Shown here: piece by piece, positions 56,564-64,000 of the stretch
Layout of the letters: every line of letters begins with the position of its first letter
Numbering within the stretch: position 1 is the first letter of the stretch
Assembly (NCBI GenBank): GCA_002269645.1
Contig: NIVC01000014.1
Location: 62,001 to 126,000, forward strand
Source: Macrostomum lignano
Taxonomy: Eukaryota
Reading direction: 5' to 3'
Length of the DNA stretch: 64,000 nt
The notes under the pieces: generated by a model
The model's input: only the letters and a program-made list of their open reading frames with translations
The model's database searches: none
What the model was told of the DNA's origin: nothing
Translations under genes and position numbers: made by a program

Positions 56564-58640
56564 ATGCCAATGAACTGTTATATTCCAGACTATAAGACAA
56601 ACCATGCAACTGGTGAAAAAGCAATAGTTTACTCATTCCTAAAAGGCCAACATACTGCAAAACTATGGCTTAGAAGTATGCCAGTAAGTGTAAAAGTAAG
56701 TAGTGTTTTTAATTATTTGGCAATTAGCTATTTTAATTGTTAGATGTTTGTCTAAAATTTTTCAAATTGATAGTGAAATAAGAATGACATTATTTTGTTT
56801 TGTAGACAGTATCTAAGTATATGCTATGCTAATGTCAACTGCTTTATTGCACCTGACTGAGCCAAGTGAAGATATTATACAATTTTTATTTACTTTGCTT
56901 GCTACTGAAACATGAATTTTGGTAAACATGACAATATAAGCATGGTATTTTGTTGTCTTTTCAGAAAAGTCCAAAGATATCAACAGACATGATGTTCTAT
57001 TCAGTCACTGTGGGCAGTTGGAAGATGAAATAGGATCATTTAATGCCATTGATAGAATAAAGTTGTAGTCTAGCTTTACTAAGCAAGCTGGCAATATCAG
57101 CTTCTTCATAAATAGAGGATGGCTTGTGCAGTAAAGTGACTCTGCTGTGCAGTTCTTGATAGTTAATGGTTGAACTGGCAAAGTTCTGGTTGTTGTCAAC
57201 CACGACTTCTCTGCCAATGCCTTTTGTTGCAACACAATCATGGCAGTCTCAGCATTGGGCTATTAGCATTGACTTGAGCCATTCAGCCAATTAGAAGCTA
57301 TGGCTAATCTTACTCTTTAAGTTGAAGACTGCAAGTAAAGACCTTGCTGTGCATGTAGAAAGCATGAAAGACCTATATTATAAAGACTCCTACCAATCAT
57401 TTTTTCGAAAAACTAGAACTCAGCACTAATCAATCACAAGGAGTCTAGTACAATGCAGGTGACATTTTTACAGCTGCAAAACTATACTTCTCTAGCTGCA
57501 ATGGCTCTTCTTTCTAAGATATTGTTTGCATGCCGTATCCTGCCACTATCAAATGACATTTAAGTGGGCTTGGCACAGTTGGAACTGACAACAACTGTTG
57601 ACAACTTGTTGCCTCTTGTATAGAAAAAAGCACTCCTTTGCTATGCTACTATGTTGTGATTTTTGACAAGGTCTATGTTAAGCTTTCACTTTGATTTTGT
57701 GGTGGTCATATTATTGGATTTGCAGAGGATGCCCAAGATATATTGGCACGAACCATTCTAGCTATCATGGTTAAGCCTTTAATGGGAGGTGAAGCTTAAG
57801 TTGCTAGACTAATTCTTATCTACAGCCTAGCACCTTGGTTCTTATATAACCAAGTAAGCCAATTACTAACCATTGTTCATGAGTGTGGTGGAACTGCTAT
57901 TGCCTTCATTTGTGACAATCATTTTACAAATAGGAACTGCTTCAAGTTGGTTGAGCAAACTATGCAGAGTTGCACCATGGGAGGCAGTCAATCCTGCTGA
58001 TCATAGCAAGCCACTATTCTGACAATACAACATTGTCCATATCATAAAAAATATCCAAAACAACTGGCTTACTCAGTGCTACAAAGAAATTGACTTTGTA
58101 CCTGTAGTAGATAGCCTATTATATCATGCTAAATTGCATGACCTAGTCTCGATTATGGATCAATCGCACAAACACATTGTCAAACTGATATCACTTAACC
58201 TAGTAGCTTATGGTCCTTCCCAATTGGAGCATCAAAAAGTGAGTCTTGTATTGATGTTTTAAAAAAACAATTGCTGCACTATGTGTCAATGGTCAGTTAG
58301 ATACCACAGATTTTTATTGAGCGCACAACAAACTTCTGGAAAGTAGTCAATTTAAAATCACTCAAATCAGGCATTCAATTGAATGATGCAATGCAATTTC
58401 CTATTGATGTAACAGACTAAGAACCTTGATTATCTGCACAATTTTGCTGCCATAGTGGACCGCATGCCTGGTGGATGAGGTGCATCTTGTGCTTGATCTC
58501 TGACTACAAATACACCTAAGGCGGTGGTGCAAACAGTTCATGGGTTTGTTCACCTTTTTGTTTTCAAAGGCTTGGTTTATAGAGAATCAGAGCTAGCCAG
58601 GGATTTGGGAGCTACTATGCACTGGCTATGGAAATTGCAG
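56564..58640 (+). pseudogene. Decayed THAP-domain P-element-superfamily transposase
   Basis: MPMNCYIPDY...VYSFLKGQHTAKLWLRSMP|gtaagt (56564-56683). From about 57656: VIFDKVYVKLSL*FCGGHIIG...LARTILAIMVKPLMGG...GGTAIAFICDNHFTNRNCFK; then NIVHIIKNIQNNWLT (about 58028) and FWKVVNLK. These match P/THAP9-type DEV, CD and DxxHxxKNxRN motifs, with stops. Confidence 0.75.
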
Positions 58641-58926
58641 CCTTAAAATAGACCTCATTTACATGTATGAAGTGTTCTTTAAGTAGAACTGATTAAAAAG
58701 CTAATGTTATACACTGTTTCATCAGTTATATTTTAGAGTAGACTTTCCTATCAGTTTTGAATGACCATATTTGCAGTTATTTATCAGTTATATTTTGGAA
58801 TAGACTTTCTTGTCAGTTTTGAATGACCATTTTTGTAGTTAGTTATCAGTTTTTTCGCTCAAAAATTAATTAACAACAAAATCCAATATACTAAAAATCC
58901 TATATACTAAAAATGGTCTGTCTGTG

Positions 58927-58963
<37 letters not shown>

Positions 58964-59539
58964 GTGATCGATTAGAGAAAAAATGGCTGGACCGATTTTG
59001 TTCAAACTTGCACTGTTCGATCAGAAATTTTCCCGTGACTGTACATGCATCGCGGCTAAGAAATTGCTCGATGCTAAAGGCATTAAATATTCGAAAAACA
59101 TGCTTTTTGCAAAGGTCAAGCAAACTTTTCGACTTGAAATGCATTGTAAGAATGCTAGAGAAAAAACTGACTGGTTGAATTCTGGTTCTGAAATAGATTG
59201 CATCATCACTGAATTGTAACTCCGACTTGAATTGAAAATGCAGTGTGGAAGCGTAGCACCAGACTTGATTTAAATTGCGTAACCATATTGTTAACTGATA
59301 CTGACTGACTGAGAAACTGATTATGTCATAACTGCTTCGTGTGATTTACTCTATGCTTGGATTTTAAACTGTTGAATTATATATATATATATATAAGTGC
59401 AAAATTTGATGTTATCAAAAAGATGAGAACTAGCCTAGAGGTGAATAGACTGAACTGCTAAATGCAGCGACGATGGTTCGAATTTTCATAGAGTATAATT
59501 TTTTTAATTAAAGCTTTTCAACATCAGGAAAACTAAAAG

Positions 59540-61105
59540 ACTTTTTAAAAAGAAGCGTCATGTAAAAATCATAGTAGCGTCATGTAAAAAATCGTAGAAG
59601 CGTCATATAAAAAATTATAGAAGCGTCATATAAAAATCATAGATGCGTCATTTAAAAAATCATAGAAGCATCATATAAAAATCATAGATGCGTCATTTAA
59701 AAAACCATAGAAGCATCATGTAAACAATCATAGAAGCGTCATTTAAAAAATCATAGAAGCATCATATAAAAATCATAGATGCATCATTTAAAAAATCATA
59801 GAAGCATCATGTAAACAATCATAGAAGCGTCATTTAAAAAATCATAGAAGCGTCATATAAAAATCATAGATGCGTCATTTAAAAAATCATGGAAGCGTCA
59901 TGTAAACAATCATAGAAGCGTCATGTGAAAATCAAAGAAGCGTCACGTAAAGAATCATAGAAGCGTCATGTAAACAATCATAGAAGCGTCATGTAAACAA
60001 TCATAGAAGCGTCATGTAAAAAATCATAGAAGCGTCATGTAAACAATTATAGAAGCGTCATGTAAAAAAATCATAGAAGCGTCATGTAAACAATCATAGA
60101 AGCGTCATGTAAACAATCATAGAAGCGTCATGTAAACAATCATAGAAGCGTCATGTAAAAAATCGTAGAAGCGTCATTTAAAAAATCATAGAAGCGTCAT
60201 GCAAAAATCATAGATGCGTCATTTAAAAAATCATGGAAGCGTCATGTAAACAATCATAGAAGCGTCATGTAAAAAATCATAGAAGCGTCATATAAAAATC
60301 ATAGATGCATCATTTAAAAAAATCATAGAAGCGTCATATAAAAAATCATAGAAGCGTCATGTAAAAATCATAGAAGCGTCATGTAAACAACCATAGAAGC
60401 GTCATGTAAAAAATCATAGAAGAGTCATGTAAACAATCATAGAAGCGTCATGTAAGCAATCATAGAAGCGTCATGTAAACAATCATAGAAGCGTCATGTA
60501 AACAATCATAGAAGCGTCATGTAAGCAATCATAAAAGCATCATGTAAACAATCATAGAAGCGTCATGTAAACAATCACAGAAGCGTCATGAAAAAATCAT
60601 AGAAGCGTCATGTAAACAATCATAGAAGCGTCATGTAAACAATCATAGAAGCATCATGTAAAAAAATCATAGTAGCGTCATGTAAACAATCATAGAAGCG
60701 TCATGTAAAGAATCATAGAAGCGTCATGTAAAAAAATCATAGAAGCGTCATATAAAAATCATAGATGCGTCATTTAAAAAATCATAGAAGCGTCATGTGA
60801 AAATCATAAAAGCGTCACGTAAAGAATCATAGAAGCGTCATGTAAACAATCATAGAAGCGTCATGTAAACAATCATAGAAGCGTCATGTAAACAATCATA
60901 GAAGCGTCATGTAAAAAATCATAGAAGCGTCATGTAAACAATCATAGAAGCGTCATGTAAACAATCATAGAAGCGTCATTTAAAAAATCATAGAAGCGTC
61001 ATGTAAACAATCATAGAAGCGTCATGTAAAAAATCATAGAAGCGTCATGTAAAAAATCATAGAAGCGTCATGTAAAAATCGTAGAAGCGTCATTTAAAAA
61101 TCATA
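59540..61105. repeat. 23-bp satellite (catagaagcgtcatgtaaacaat), about 65 copies
   Basis: Visible. Confidence 0.95.
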
Positions 61106-61961
61106 GAAAATCATAAAAATCAAAAATTAAATGCAGCTATAATGCTGTGCTGGGGAGAAAAACTGAGACGTAAAGGCTCTCAGAGAATAACTGCTGAGAT
61201 TACGGGGGGGGGGGTTTCTGAGATGTCAAAGCAAAAGTCAGAAGCTACTTCAAAGTTCATGTACTTTACTCAATTTTTTAATTGCATTCTTTGTTGGCTC
61301 GCCACGGGAGGCGCTTATAGAAGAAGAGTCATGTAAAAAATAAAAGTAGCACTACGAGCGTATGTACGAGCTATACATAAAAGAAAAGTCATGTTCAAGT
61401 TAAAATATTCATTTGGGAATTGCTACGATGTCAAAGCTTGGTGGAAATCGTTATAGTGCTGTGATTCTTAAAGAAGGAATCACTAAAATGTCAAGGCTTA
61501 GGGGAGAAGAATTGCTGAGATTTCAAGGCTTTAGGTTGGGTTAAAGTTAGGTTTAGGTCAGGTGTGGGTTGAGGGTTATATTTTATCGGGTTTCAAGGTT
61601 AACAGAATAACAGGGGATTTTTTAGATTTCAAGGTTTATGGAGGCCATCGCTGACATGTTAAGGCTTACGGGGGGAATAGCTGAGATGTCAAGGCTCACG
61701 GGGTATAAATGAGATTTCAAGGCTAAAGTCAGAAGCTACATGTAGTTTATTGAAAACTTTTTATTACATTATTTGATGCCTCCTCAGGGGAGGGATCGCT
61801 GATAAAAAAAGCGTAATGTAAAAAATAAAAGAAGCTTCATGTCGAAGTTAAGAGATTCATTTGGGAATCCCTACGATGTCGAGGCTTGCAGGAAATCGCT
61901 ATAATGCTGTAGTAGTGCTATAGTGACTCTTAGAGAGAATTACTGAAATTTCAATGTTAGG

Positions 61962-61991
61962 TTAGGGTTAGGGTTAGGGTTAGGGTTAGGG
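61962..61991 (+). repeat. Interstitial (TTAGGG)5
   Basis: Five perfect hexamers plus degenerate flanks. Confidence 0.9.
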
Positions 61992-62237
61992 TTAGGCTAG
62001 GGTTAGAAGGTTGACAGATATTTTTAGATTTCCAAGGCTTATTGGGGGCATTGCTGAGATGTCAAGGGGGGAAGTTGATATGTCAAAGCTTGTGGGGGGG
62101 GGGAATTACTGACATGTCAAGGCTTACAAGGTTTGACAGGAGATTTTTTAAGATTTCAAGGATACATGTAGCTTATTAAAAAAACGTGTATTGCATTTAT
62201 TTGGCTCCCCAACGGGGGGCGTAGATTGCTAGTCCTT

Positions 62238-63715
62238 TCCTATATACTAAAAATGAGTTGTCTGTGGGTATGCGATAGATTTCAGAAATCAGAAAAATTG
62301 GCTCAACCGATTTTCTTCAAACTTGCACCATTCGATCAGAAATTTTCCTGGGACGGTACATGCATCTTGGCTAAGAAATTGCTCAATTTTAAAGGGATTA
62401 ATTATTCGAAAAACATGCTTTTTTGCAAAGGTCAAGCAAAATTTTCGACCTGAAATGCATTGTAAAAATGCTAGAGAAAAAACTGACTGACTGCATTTCA
62501 ATTCTGATAAAGATTGCATCACAACAAGTTGAAAACAGTGCCGAAGAAATGCACACACGACTTGAATGAAATTGCGTAACCATATTGCTAACTCAAATTG
62601 AGACTGATACTGGCTGACTGAGAAATTGATTATGTCATAACTTTTTACTCCAATTGACTTGCTGTAAGAATTGAATTATAAGGGCCACAATTCATGTTCT
62701 CCAATTGAAAATAGATAGCCAAGATGCAAACAGACTGGAATGCTAATGTAGCGACCTGGGTTCGAATCTTAGTAGTGCAAAAAGATTTTTTTTATCAAAA
62801 CACCTTAAAAACACAAAACTGCTAAACATAATAGAAGCGGAATGTCAAACATAGAAGAGCCACCATGTCAAACATAAAAGAGCCACCATGCCAAACATAA
62901 AATAAGCACTATGTCAAACATATACGTGACTCCATGTCAACGATTAAAAAGCCACCATGTCAAAACTAAACGAGCCACCACGTCTAACATTTATGTGACT
63001 TTATGTCAAACATTTAAGTGTCACCATATCAAACATCAAATAGCCACTTTGTCGAACATTAAAGAGCCACCGTGTCAAACATAAAAGAGCCACCATGTTA
63101 AACATAGAAGAGCCACCATGTCAAACATAAAATAGCCACCATGTCAGACATTAAAAAGCCACCGTATCAAACATAAAAGAGCCACCATGTAGAATATTAA
63201 AGAGCCACCATGAAGAACATTAAAGAGCCACCGTGTCAAACATTTGGGAGCCACCATGTCAGACATTAAAAAGCCACCATGTCGAACATAAAAGAGTTAC
63301 CATGTAGAACATTAAAGAGCCACCATTTCAAACAGTAAAGAGCCACCATGTCAAACATTTAGGAGCCACCATGTCAAACATTTAAGATCCACCATCTCAA
63401 ACATATATGTGACTTTATGTCAAACTTTCAAGAGCCACCATTTCGAACATTAAATAGCCACTTTGTCAAACATTAGAGAGCCGCCATGTCAAACATAAAA
63501 GAGTCACCAGGTTAAACATTTAAAAGCCACCATGTCAAACATTAAAGAGCCACTATGTCAAAACATAAAAATGCCATCATGTCAGACATTAAAAGCCACC
63601 GTGTCAAACATAAAAGAGCCACCAGGTTAAACATTAAAGAGCCACCATGTCAAAAATAAAGAGCCACCATGTTGAACATAAAAGAGCTACCATGTCAAAC
63701 ATTTAAGAGCTACCA
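62238..63715 (+). mobile_element. Helitron-like element, copy 2; 3' end not seen
   Basis: TCctatatactaaaaatg start; accgatttt.ttcaaacttgcac..ttcgatcagaaattttcc shared with copy 1. Confidence 0.55.
62845..63715. repeat. About 23-bp degenerate satellite (aaagagccaccatgtcaaacatt)
   Basis: Visible. Confidence 0.9.
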
Positions 63716-63810
63716 CATACATGCGCAACTTCTGAAATTACGCTGGCCGTGCGACTTAGTTTTCGATAAAAAATGCGACTTACCTATAAAAGAGCCAAGC
63801 AAAAACTTTA

Positions 63811-63882
63811 GGTAAACGGCAGGAGTAACTATGACCATATTTTTAAAGCTAAATGCCTCGCCAGCTAATTAGTGCTGCGTGC
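63811..63882 (+). pseudogene. Degenerate 28S rRNA fragment (helix 69-71 region)
   Basis: ggtaaacggcaggagtaactatgac-catatttttaa-agctaaatgcctcgccagctaattagtg versus the conserved 28S ggtaaacggcgggagtaactatgac-tctcttaaggt-agccaaatgcctcgtcatctaattagtg; colinear and gapless. Confidence 0.8.
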
Positions 63883-64000
63883 AGATTCGGCGTTTTTATA
63901 ACAGCTAATCAGTATGTCATCTAGTGGCGGCATGAAGCAATTAGTAAATTGTCAGTACAGTGTAGTGAGCATACTACAAAAGTCATGATTCATGAATGTC

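Larger units (their letters stand above)
58898..62232 (+). mobile_element. Non-autonomous Helitron-like element, copy 1 (TC start, microsatellite, tRNA-like cassette, internal satellite, hairpin+CTAG end)
   Basis: Starts a|TCctatatactaaaaatg-ctgt-(tatc)n; the first about 600 bp is homologous to 62238-62800; ends gctccccaacggggggc...gCTAG|t. Confidence 0.55.

Overview
Eukaryotic (metazoan) genomic DNA with GT-AG introns. The GC-rich exons and minisatellite-filled introns resemble the flatworm Macrostomum lignano; that attribution is inference only. I reconstructed exon chains by hand for eight genes: the 3' part of a LIV-1/ZIP zinc transporter (+), an OATP/SLCO transporter (+), a 10-exon ABCA5/6/8/9-type transporter (-) whose fifth-from-last intron hides an intronless DEG/ENaC channel (+), a divergent PKA-catalytic-like kinase (+) head-to-head with the ABCA gene, NEDD4 (-), RPS13 (-) and ARF6 (-). 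About 20 kb is tandem repeat, and about 21 of 26 introns carry their own array. Four signals stand out. (1) An intact RTE-like retrotransposon whose 5' 2.8 kb is inverted relative to its 3' end, with an in-frame breakpoint, which fits twin priming. (2) Sharply bounded CpG-depleted domains overlying decayed THAP/P-element relics with C>T-type lesions. (3) Tandem Helitron-like elements that each grew a different but related 23-bp satellite. (4) A 28S rRNA fragment scrambled over the R2/I-PpoI site. All alignments and counts were done by eye.
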